From a bacterium (GTDB lineage: Archaea > Thermoplasmatota > E2 > JACPAO01 > JAHFTW01): a stretch of 48,606 nucleotides of DNA. The stretch covers positions 1 through 48,606 of the forward strand of contig JAZJZE010000034.1 of NCBI GenBank assembly GCA_040390065.1, written 5' to 3'. Below the pieces are notes generated by a model. It was given only the letters and a program-made list of their open reading frames with translations, did not search any database and was not told the origin of the DNA. Positions 16,620-25,006 of this stretch are shown in pieces (position 1 is the first letter of the stretch; each line of letters begins with the position of its first letter). A program made the translations under genes and the position numbers.

Positions 16620-17065
16620 TACGGCCTAGGGCCGCAGGGGCCGGAGTACATCGGGTCGCCCGAGATGTGGATGTGCGGGCCGGTCGTGCCGGTGTAGGCG
16701 AACCAGCCCCGGCCCGGCTCCCAGATGCGCCGCGCGTCGTGGTCGATGACCTGCGACAGCTTCAGCTTCACGCCCCGGTTGGCCCACGTCCGCTTGGTGG
16801 CGTTGCGCACACACTCGCGGGCGATGAACCGCAGCTCGTCCTGCACGGTGCCCTTGAAGTCGGGCGTGGCCGCAGCGGACCGGGGGAACAGGTCGGCCGC
16901 GTTGCCGTAGGAATGCTGGCTCGGGGTGTCGGAGCCGACCACGAGCTTGCAGATGTACACGCCCGCGGAGGCGATGACCTTGCCCACCTTGCCCCGCTGA
17001 AGCACGCGCATGGCGCGCGTGATGCTCCGGGTCTCGATGCTGGTGCTGTTCACTGGGAATGACAT
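16619..17065 (-). CDS. Endolysin, M15-like Zn peptidase fold
   Basis: SQHSYGNAAD (H-x6-D) and HIHIS motifs. Confidence 0.8.
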   Translation of the reverse strand: MSFPVNSTSIETRSITRAMRVLQRGKVGKVIASAGVYICKLVVGSDTPSQHSYGNAADLFPRSAAATPDFKGTVQDELRFIARECVRNATKRTWANRGVKLKLSQVIDHDARRIWEPGRGWFAYTGTTGPHIHISGDPMYSGPCGPRP

Positions 17066-17076
17066 GGGGTCCTCCT

Positions 17077-20000
17077 CTAAGCAGCGGCGGCAGCGGGCTG
17101 CACCGGGCCGGGCGTGATGCCCAGGCCGGTCAGGATGCCGTCGATGCTACCGATGGTGCTGGTCAGGTCGTCCTTGGTCGGCAGTGGGTAGCCGACTTGC
17201 TTCAGGTACTCCATGGTGGGCACGATGGTCGAGTAGTAGAAGTCCAGCTCGGTCGAGGACAGAGCGGCCTCGTCCACCTTGTACCCGCCGAGCCCGAACA
17301 GGGCCGAGGTGAGCACGTGCTGGCGGTTCGTCACCCGCGCCGGGTCCTCCGTGAGGAAGTTCTTGAACCGGCTGTAGATGGGGATGGTGCCCAGCAGGTT
17401 CTGGGTCTTGTCGCTCATGTACGCCTTGCCGTCCGGGCCACGGGACGTGAGGCCCGTGGCGTCGAGCAGCGGCTCGATGATGTTGAAGAGCGGGTTCATC
17501 GGCACCTGCTTGCCGGTGATGGGCGCCCCGGTGTAGATGTTCTGGTGGAGCACGTAGCTCTGGAGGAACGGCGACACCGTGGGGAGGAAGGAGCTGATGA
17601 ACTCCCGGCCCGACATGAACAGGTCGGACATCGGCAGGTCCAGCATCATGGTGTCGTAGGTCCCGTCCTTGCCCACCGAGGTGGGGATGACGAACGACTG
17701 CATCATCCAGTCGGGGGCGCGGTACTTCTCCTTGTCGAAGTCCAGGCCCCGCGCGTCGAACACCGACCGCTGCGCCTTCTGCATGGCGAGCAGCTTCGCC
17801 GGGTTCTCTAGGAGCTGGTGAATCTGGAACGGGGTGTTGGTGCGCATCCACTTGTAGAAGGGGAGCACGTCCCGCACCCAGCCGTACTCCCAGTCGGTCA
17901 GGTCCTCGTAGTCGCCGTGCCGGACCATCGTGAACGCCCGGGCCTCCATGACCCCGCGACCCTCGCGCATGCCGCGCACGAGCGAGGCGGTGCGGAACAC
18001 GTTCTCGGTCATGGTCCCGGCGCCGCGCATGCCCTTGGCGTAGATGGGCAGGGCGCCCATCGTGCCGGACTTCCCGGCGTACTTCTTCTCGGCCTTCTCC
18101 GCAGTCAGGGCCGCTTCAGCGAACATGCGCCCGTTGGAGGCGGTGGTGTTCAGTGCGGCACCGAGCGAGGCCATGTCCGCGTAGGTCAGGTCCTCGACCT
18201 TCTTGCCCATCAGGGTCCCGCCCGGGATGCCCCGGCGGAGACCGGCGATGAACTCCGGGTCGCGTTTCATGATGGCCTCGGTGGCCCACTTGGCTTCCTT
18301 GCCGTGGGTCAGCTCGCGCTCCGCCATGCGGATGCGGCCAGCCGTCCAGTAGTCCTTGATGCTGACCCCGCCCAGCCAGTTGTTGAAGAAGGCGCCCTGG
18401 AAGTTGCGGAGGTGGAACCCGGGCATCAGCCACGTGGCCATCGACTTCCACCAGCCGTTGAACTGGCGCCACTGCCCGTGCGCGCCGTCCAGCTTGGGGA
18501 AGCCCTTCATGGCCATCTCGAACTCGTTCGCCATCACCTCGGGCATGGCGAACTGCTCGAAGCCGGGGATGCGGAGGACGGCCATGCCGGTGCGGTTGGC
18601 CGCGTCCTCGGCGGGTACGAGCGCGGCGAGCACCGGGGCGCGCTGCGTCTGCATGCGCGTAGCCAGTCGACCGGCCTCGTTCGTGGCCTCGGTCAGCTCG
18701 ACCTCCCGGAGGCGAAGCTCGCGCTGGGCCTTCTCGGCCTCGCCCTTCACGGCGTTCGCGCGCTTCTGCGCAGTGCGCTTGAACTTGTTCGTCCACTCCT
18801 TGACCGCCCCGATGTTCAGCTTCGCGCCCGCGGTGGAGAGCGACTGCGCGGCGGTGACGGTGGCGACCTCGTCCAGGTCGGTCACGTTCATGTCCGCCCA
18901 GTGGGCGTTCAGCAGCTCCCGGCCGATGCCCTTGCCCTGCCACTCGGGGGCGGTGATGGCCACGACGTTGCGCTCAAGCTGCATGCGCCGCTCGGACAGG
19001 TTGTAGTCGGGGCCGTAGCGGCGCTCGGCGGACAGGAAGCCCGAGTCGACCTTGCGGTAGCCCAGCACCTTGCCCTCGTCGTCGATGTAGTAGAAGGTCT
19101 CGGTCCCGTCGGCGTGGGCGCGCTTGATGATGCGGCCGAGCTTGCCGGTGCCCACGACGGCCATGCCGGAGTTGTCGAGGTCCCGGAGGCGGTCGAAGTC
19201 CTGCTGGGCGCGTTCGAGTCCGCCGGTTTGCTCTGCGTGTTCCAGCCCAGTGTCGACCCCGGCGTCTTCCTTGTCCGCCAGGTCGCGCTTGATGTTGTTG
19301 ATGATGCCCAGCTCACGCGCCCCGGCGTTGTCCACCAGGTCGGCGTAGGCCCGCTGCTCTTCCAGGTAGCTCTGTCCCAGGTGCTGCACCTTGAGGCGAA
19401 GCTCGGGAACCTTGCGGTCGTCGAGCAGGCGAGCGGCCCGAGTGGCGGCGACCTTGGCCTCCTCGGACATGGACTCCATGGCGTCAAGGCTCTCCGGGCT
19501 GATGACCACACGGTAGCGGCCGAACCCGGCCGCGCTCTGGCCGAAGCCCCCACGCGCCAGGCCCAGGCTCTCCGCCATGCGGAGCGTGTCGCCCGCGTGC
19601 TGGGCCACGACCTTGTTCGAGACCTGCGTCGAGGTCTCCTTGAGCACGGCCACGGGGTCGGTCTCGAAGAACGACTGCCCCTCGCGGAGCACGACGCCCT
19701 TCGCGGCCAGGCGGTCCTTGGCCAGCGCCTCGGCCTGCGGGCGCGGCATGTCGCGCGCCTCGCGCAGGATGCTCTGGATGAGGTCGGTGCCCTCGGCCCG
19801 GTTGGTGCCGAGCACGGCCTCCTTGGCCCCTATGGTCACGGCGCGCAGCTGCGACCCGCGGTTGGGGGACAGCGCGGCGGCGCGCGGGTTGACCCGCGAG
19901 AACATGGTGGTGCCGGTCTTGTCGTCGTAGAAGCCGACCACGGTGACCTTGCCGTCGGCGCCCTTGATGCGCACGCCTGTGTATCCGTCGGACTTCAGGA

Positions 20001-23000
20001 TTTCGGTGGTGATGTCGGCGAGCTGCTGCTCCTTGGCCCCGCCGCGGCGCATGACATCCCGCACTGCCTCGGCGGCCTCGGGCGACACGTCCTCGCCAAA
20101 CTGGTAGGTGCCCGCTGCGATGTCGTCGAGCACCGGGGCGTAGGCGTCCTGAATCTCCGCAATGCGGTTGACCACGCCCGACGCCTCGCGCCCTGCTCCG
20201 GCCACCACGGGGGAGTAGTCCACGTCCAGCAGGTTCTGCGGGCCGAGCCCGGCGAGGCGAGGCTGCGCGATGTAGGAGGCCTCCGGGCCGGTCAGCGTCA
20301 CGACCTGCGCCTGCACGCCCGCGGCCAGGTCGTCCTCGGGGCCGGAGCCGTTGAGGAGCTGCTGCACGCGGTCCTGTGCCGAACGGGTGCCAGCGGCGGG
20401 GACTTCCTCGGCCTTCTTCAGGACCTGGGGGTTGAGGACGGCGGTGCCCTCCCCAGCCTGGTCCTTCATCTGGATGACATCGTAGCCCTGGGCCTTGGCC
20501 TCGCGGGTCAGGCGGTCGTAGTAGTTCGCGTGGCGGCCGGTGCCGCCGACCTCCTTGGCTTCCTTGCCCGCCGCCATCACGGCGTCGAACTCGGGCGTCC
20601 CCTCGACGAGGACCTTCGCCCCCGGCTGGATGTCGTACGCCTCCACGCTCCCCCCGGGCAGCTTGGCGTAGTCCTCCGCAACGGTGCGGTCGTGGGACCC
20701 GAAGACGTTCTTGAACCACTCCTTGGTCGAGTCGTTCGCCTCCTTGCCGGGGACGTGGCCGCGGTAGAAGCGGCGGGGCGCGTCGATAGTGCCAGACGCC
20801 TCGACCGGCCCCATCAGGACGCCGGGGGCGGGCGGGGCGGCCATGCGGTCGGCGGTGTCCACCGGGCCGTATCGCGCGCTGGCGCCCACCGGCACGTTCT
20901 CGCCGATGGGGCCTACCTGCTTCGCAGCGAGCCCGCGGATGGGCAGCGTGGTGCCGTCACCCAGGTCCACCACGTCGGTCAGGGCCTCCACGTCGTTCGG
21001 ACCCTGCGACACCGTGACCATCGGTGTCTCGTACTCGTGGCCGTCGAACGAGTGAGCCTTGGCGTCCTCGGGGCGCACGTGCTCGCGGTCGGCGAGGGTC
21101 TCCCCGTCGGCGCCGAGCTGCACGTGGTCGGGTGCGAGGCCCGAGTTGACGAGCGCCTGGTCGTGCTGGTGCGCCATCGTGCGCCACAGGTCCGGGAGGT
21201 CCTCGTCATGGCCCAGCTCGACGATGCGCTGCTCCACCCGCTGCGCGGTCGCGCGGTCCTTCTCCAGGTCGGCGATGGCCTGCGTCGGGTCCTCCCCGCG
21301 CTGGGTCGCCTGGAGCTGGGCGTCGGCGATGAGCCGGTCGTAGTAGTCCTTGGCCTTGGTGCCCGGCTCGGGCACGAGGCTGCGGTACTCGTTCAGCGCG
21401 TCGGTCAGCTCAATCTGCGAGGTGAGCCCGCCCGCGTCCCCGGCGGCCTTCGAGGCCTTCACGACACGGCCGATGGACTGGTCCGGCGTGAGCACCGTCT
21501 TGCCGTCGGACAGCGTCACGGTCTGCACCTCGTCGATGACCTGCTGGCGCATGTGCTTGAGCTGGAGGTTGGCGTCCCGGGCGTACGCGGCCGGAAGCCC
21601 GCCGCCGCGGAGCACGGCCGCGTGGGAGCTGAAGTGCTCGGTCAGCTTGCCGACCTGCTCGGAGGCGGAGTAGTAGATGGAACGGGGACCCTTGGCCATG
21701 TCGCGCGCAGCCGCGCTGTTGCTCAGCGTGCGCAGGCCGGAGAAGCCCTTCTCCCAGAAGATGTGCAGGTCCTCGGCCGTGGCAGCGCCCTGGCCCACGA
21801 GGCGCGACAGCTTGACCCCGCCGGAGAGACCGGAGAAGAAGCGGCGCCCCATGGAGAAGTCCATGAAGGAGGCAGCGAAGGGCATGCGCTGCCCTGCCAC
21901 GCGGATGTCCAGCAGGGGGATAGACATACGCAGGCGCACGCCGCCGAAGGCGCCCGCTGCGGCCTTGCCCGCGGTGTAGGAGGCCTTGTCGACGCCGATG
22001 CCGGTGCCCGCCTTCACGTAGCCGCGTAGCACGTCGTCGACGGCGGACTTGGACACGCCGAGCTTGTCGGCCGTCTCGGCCGTCACGCGCTGCCAGCCGT
22101 TGGTCGTGGCCTCGCGGAACATGTCGTCGCCAAGGCGGAGCAGCTCCTGGGCGGCGACGCGCGTGCCCTCCTGGTCCAGCACGAAGGCCACGTTCGGCAC
22201 GGCGTCGGGGTGCACGCCGGTCAGCGCCTGGCGCACGCGCGAGAGGATACCAGTGGACCCCTTCTCGGCGAGGGCCTGCCCCGGCGAGGAGAGCCCGAAG
22301 ACTGCCCGGCCGATTTCGTTCACGTCCTTGGTGCCGAGCTGGTCCCCCACGACCTTCATCAGCTGCCCGATGTCGGCGGTCTCGCCTGCGGCGACCTGCA
22401 CGCCCTTCTCGGCGAGGGCGGCGGAGGTCCGTTCGGTGACCTGGATGGAGCCTTCCTTCATGGCGGCCACAACGCTGGCCTCGCCGACGGTCTTGCCGAT
22501 GACCTCGCGCCCAATGGCGCCAGCGCCGAAGGTCAGCCAGGTCAGGGGGTCAGTGGCGATGTCGCCGATGAACCCGGCAGCGGCCGTGAAGAAGTTCCGC
22601 CCCATGCCCATGTTGTCGGTCAGCACGTCGGCCCAGTTGGTGTCCGACTTGCCGAGGAGCGCGTCGCTCGTGTTCTTCCAGACGCTCTCCTTGCCCCAGT
22701 CGTGCACGATTTCGGGCAGGACGTGAGAGGCCCGGCCCATGATGTCGAACACCACGTCGAGCTTCGTGGCGTGGAGCACGTCGCCCACGCCCTTCATGAT
22801 GTCCTTGTACCAGGGCAGGTCCTCGCCCTCGCTCTTGCCGTGCTGCGCGGCGATGGACTGCGCCAGCTCGGGGTTCACCTGGGCAATCTTGGCCAGGGCT
22901 GCGTCGGTCTGAGCAGCGGCGGTCTCGGGGGTCCACGTGGCCGGGTCGCTGCCCGCGCCCAGTGCCCCGCCGGTCAGCTTCTCCAGGAAGGACATGGGGG

Positions 23001-23202
23001 CAGCCGTGCGTCCACCGGCCGCGACGGCATCGGGGGCTGCGCCGGTCGCGGTCTGCGCGCCCATCAGTACGGGCGGGTTGCCCAGCGCAGCGCCGAGCTG
23101 ACGCTCGTCGTTCGTCAGCCCGAACAGGGGGACGGGGGCGAAGGTCGGGAAGAGCGGAGCGGGCGCGGGAAGAACCGGGCTTGGTGCGGGCAAGAACGCC
23201 AT
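17077..23202 (-). CDS. Large internal virion/DNA-ejection protein with ART-like and GNAT-like domains (2041 aa)
   Basis: Third and largest gene after the tail nozzle; DPLTWL motif; PGFHLRN...PFYKW C-terminal region; FYRG..GYD and QGKGIG motifs. Confidence 0.8.
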   Translation of the reverse strand: MAFLPAPSPVLPAPAPLFPTFAPVPLFGLTNDERQLGAALGNPPVLMGAQTATGAAPDAVAAGGRTAAPMSFLEKLTGGALGAGSDPATWTPETAAAQTDAALAKIAQVNPELAQSIAAQHGKSEGEDLPWYKDIMKGVGDVLHATKLDVVFDIMGRASHVLPEIVHDWGKESVWKNTSDALLGKSDTNWADVLTDNMGMGRNFFTAAAGFIGDIATDPLTWLTFGAGAIGREVIGKTVGEASVVAAMKEGSIQVTERTSAALAEKGVQVAAGETADIGQLMKVVGDQLGTKDVNEIGRAVFGLSSPGQALAEKGSTGILSRVRQALTGVHPDAVPNVAFVLDQEGTRVAAQELLRLGDDMFREATTNGWQRVTAETADKLGVSKSAVDDVLRGYVKAGTGIGVDKASYTAGKAAAGAFGGVRLRMSIPLLDIRVAGQRMPFAASFMDFSMGRRFFSGLSGGVKLSRLVGQGAATAEDLHIFWEKGFSGLRTLSNSAAARDMAKGPRSIYYSASEQVGKLTEHFSSHAAVLRGGGLPAAYARDANLQLKHMRQQVIDEVQTVTLSDGKTVLTPDQSIGRVVKASKAAGDAGGLTSQIELTDALNEYRSLVPEPGTKAKDYYDRLIADAQLQATQRGEDPTQAIADLEKDRATAQRVEQRIVELGHDEDLPDLWRTMAHQHDQALVNSGLAPDHVQLGADGETLADREHVRPEDAKAHSFDGHEYETPMVTVSQGPNDVEALTDVVDLGDGTTLPIRGLAAKQVGPIGENVPVGASARYGPVDTADRMAAPPAPGVLMGPVEASGTIDAPRRFYRGHVPGKEANDSTKEWFKNVFGSHDRTVAEDYAKLPGGSVEAYDIQPGAKVLVEGTPEFDAVMAAGKEAKEVGGTGRHANYYDRLTREAKAQGYDVIQMKDQAGEGTAVLNPQVLKKAEEVPAAGTRSAQDRVQQLLNGSGPEDDLAAGVQAQVVTLTGPEASYIAQPRLAGLGPQNLLDVDYSPVVAGAGREASGVVNRIAEIQDAYAPVLDDIAAGTYQFGEDVSPEAAEAVRDVMRRGGAKEQQLADITTEILKSDGYTGVRIKGADGKVTVVGFYDDKTGTTMFSRVNPRAAALSPNRGSQLRAVTIGAKEAVLGTNRAEGTDLIQSILREARDMPRPQAEALAKDRLAAKGVVLREGQSFFETDPVAVLKETSTQVSNKVVAQHAGDTLRMAESLGLARGGFGQSAAGFGRYRVVISPESLDAMESMSEEAKVAATRAARLLDDRKVPELRLKVQHLGQSYLEEQRAYADLVDNAGARELGIINNIKRDLADKEDAGVDTGLEHAEQTGGLERAQQDFDRLRDLDNSGMAVVGTGKLGRIIKRAHADGTETFYYIDDEGKVLGYRKVDSGFLSAERRYGPDYNLSERRMQLERNVVAITAPEWQGKGIGRELLNAHWADMNVTDLDEVATVTAAQSLSTAGAKLNIGAVKEWTNKFKRTAQKRANAVKGEAEKAQRELRLREVELTEATNEAGRLATRMQTQRAPVLAALVPAEDAANRTGMAVLRIPGFEQFAMPEVMANEFEMAMKGFPKLDGAHGQWRQFNGWWKSMATWLMPGFHLRNFQGAFFNNWLGGVSIKDYWTAGRIRMAERELTHGKEAKWATEAIMKRDPEFIAGLRRGIPGGTLMGKKVEDLTYADMASLGAALNTTASNGRMFAEAALTAEKAEKKYAGKSGTMGALPIYAKGMRGAGTMTENVFRTASLVRGMREGRGVMEARAFTMVRHGDYEDLTDWEYGWVRDVLPFYKWMRTNTPFQIHQLLENPAKLLAMQKAQRSVFDARGLDFDKEKYRAPDWMMQSFVIPTSVGKDGTYDTMMLDLPMSDLFMSGREFISSFLPTVSPFLQSYVLHQNIYTGAPITGKQVPMNPLFNIIEPLLDATGLTSRGPDGKAYMSDKTQNLLGTIPIYSRFKNFLTEDPARVTNRQHVLTSALFGLGGYKVDEAALSSTELDFYYSTIVPTMEYLKQVGYPLPTKDDLTSTIGSIDGILTGLGITPGPVQPAAAAA

Positions 23203-24288
23203 CTATACAGCACCTCCGAAACGAGTGTAGCCATAGGTCGGTGCAGGAACTCCACCGCCATAGCTAGCAAGGGCGTCGTATGCGGCGCCGCTCGGGTCAT
23301 CAGTAGCCGCGGTTAGCGCGTCCGCGGTGAAGTAGCTGTTGATGGCACCTGTGGTGGCGGTAAGAATGGTGGGGTCCCACCCCTTCATCCCGCCGTAGAG
23401 CTTCTCGATGGCGCTGTTTACGTAGGTCGAGGCCGTATCTCCGCTGATGCCGCCAGCACGCTTGATGTTCTGAAGCGTGTAGGTCATCAGGGCCACCTCG
23501 CCGTCATCGGTCACGCCGTTCTCGTTGGCCCACGTGGTCACGGCATCGGTGACGTTCATGTCCGTGATGCCGTTCTCAGGGTCGGCTTCGTCGAGCGCCT
23601 TAGCGATGTCGTAGGCGTCGCCCGCCGTGCTTGCGGCGACCTCGGGTAGCGCGCCCGCGGCCTGTTTCATCTGGTCGTTCTGGGCCTTGTCGGCTTGCTT
23701 GACGGCGTAGTCCTGCTGCTTCTTCCACATGTCCCACTGCATGTTGTAGGACATCGCGGTCTTGTATAGGTCGCCCGTGAGACCGGCCAGCGTCTGGCTG
23801 TCGATGATGTTGCGCTGCTGAAGCGCCTGGTTCATCGAGTAGACCGCGGCCTGTTTCTGCGCGGCGACGCCCGCCTGGGCGATGCCCGCGACGGTCTCCG
23901 CGATGCGGCCCTGGGCCTGGCCCTCAGCGACCTGCCCCGAGACCACCTTGCCGGTGCCCGCGGCGACGGCCGCGGCGCGCCCGTACTGGGAGGCGACGCT
24001 GGCGCCGAGCGCGGCGCCGTAGCGGCTGGTCGTCTTGGCCTGGTCGGCCGCGACCACGCCCCGCTGCGCGCGAGCCCGGGCGCCGAGCGCGCCGAGGGCG
24101 GCCTGGTTCGTGCCCTGGCTGAGCAGCATGTCGCGCGTGTAGGCGCGCGTCTGCTTCGACAGGTTCTTCTGCCCGGCGGTGAGGGCCGACAGCGCGACCG
24201 CGTAGTCCGCGCTGGACTCCTTGCCCATCGACTTGCCGAGCTGGTTCACGACCTTGAGGGCCGCCTTGAGGTTGTATCCCTTCGCCAC
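23203..24288 (-). CDS. Putative internal virion protein
   Basis: Ala/Gln-rich helical protein; podovirus synteny; GGAGG RBS. Confidence 0.65.
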   Translation of the reverse strand: MAKGYNLKAALKVVNQLGKSMGKESSADYAVALSALTAGQKNLSKQTRAYTRDMLLSQGTNQAALGALGARARAQRGVVAADQAKTTSRYGAALGASVASQYGRAAAVAAGTGKVVSGQVAEGQAQGRIAETVAGIAQAGVAAQKQAAVYSMNQALQQRNIIDSQTLAGLTGDLYKTAMSYNMQWDMWKKQQDYAVKQADKAQNDQMKQAAGALPEVAASTAGDAYDIAKALDEADPENGITDMNVTDAVTTWANENGVTDDGEVALMTYTLQNIKRAGGISGDTASTYVNSAIEKLYGGMKGWDPTILTATTGAINSYFTADALTAATDDPSGAAYDALASYGGGVPAPTYGYTRFGGAV

Positions 24289-24297
24289 GACGCCCTC

Positions 24298-24996
24298 CTA
24301 GATTTGACCCGCGTTGTTCGCGGGCATGCCGTTGTAGTTCGCGGTGTGGCCGGTCCCGGCGGAGGCGACAGCGGCCTTGGCGTCACGGGGGCTCACGCCC
24401 GAGTTGATGAGCGACTGGTAGATGGCCTTCAGTGCGTCCATCTGCGTCTCCTGGCCGCTCACGATGAGGTTGTTCTGTAGCTGCTGGGCGAGGAGCTGCT
24501 GCTGCTGCGCCAGCTTGTTGGCCTCCAGGCCCTGGGCGCCCATGAAGTACTGGATGCCCGCCTGCTGCGCGGCGAGGCGCGTCCCCGCGACCCCCTCCAT
24601 GCGCGTGCGCTTGGCGGACTGGATGGCGGCCTCGGCCCCGGCCCGCACGCCCGCGCGGCCCTGGAGGTCGGCGGAGCTACCGGCGATGCCGCGCTCGATG
24701 GAGGCGTTCTCCGTATCAGCGAGGCCCCCAATCTTCTGGGCCTGCACGTCCGCCCGGGTCGCCATGAAGTCGGCCCGCAGGCCGACGCGCTGCTGCTTGA
24801 GCCCGGCGAGCTGGGTCTGGTAGCCCGCGTAGAGCCCGGCGAGCTGGCTGTAGTAGTTCGCCGTCGAGGCAGGGTCCAGCGCGGGGAGGGCGCTCGCGCC
24901 CCCGGGGTTGGAGTAGTCCACCTTGTTCTTGCTCAGCGCGTTGGCGAAGGTGTTGCGCAACCGCCCTGGGCTGCCGGGGACCTGGATGCCTGACAT
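24298..24996 (-). CDS. Putative internal virion protein (MSGIQVPG...)
   Basis: GAGGAG RBS at ATG 24996; Ala/Gln/Gly-rich. Confidence 0.65.
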   Translation of the reverse strand: MSGIQVPGSPGRLRNTFANALSKNKVDYSNPGGASALPALDPASTANYYSQLAGLYAGYQTQLAGLKQQRVGLRADFMATRADVQAQKIGGLADTENASIERGIAGSSADLQGRAGVRAGAEAAIQSAKRTRMEGVAGTRLAAQQAGIQYFMGAQGLEANKLAQQQQLLAQQLQNNLIVSGQETQMDALKAIYQSLINSGVSPRDAKAAVASAGTGHTANYNGMPANNAGQI

Positions 24997-25006
24997 GGCC
25001 GCTCCT

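Noticed and set aside
17818-22029. 1403-aa + strand ORF and other long antisense ORFs (4404-5846, 24923-26572, 39030-40730)
   Set aside because: These are shadow frames of high-GC genes on the opposite strand, with no RBS or motifs.
17077-23202. Tape measure protein or virion RNA polymerase
   Set aside because: No major tail or tail-chaperone genes and no polymerase motifs were seen; the synteny fits podoviral ejection proteins.
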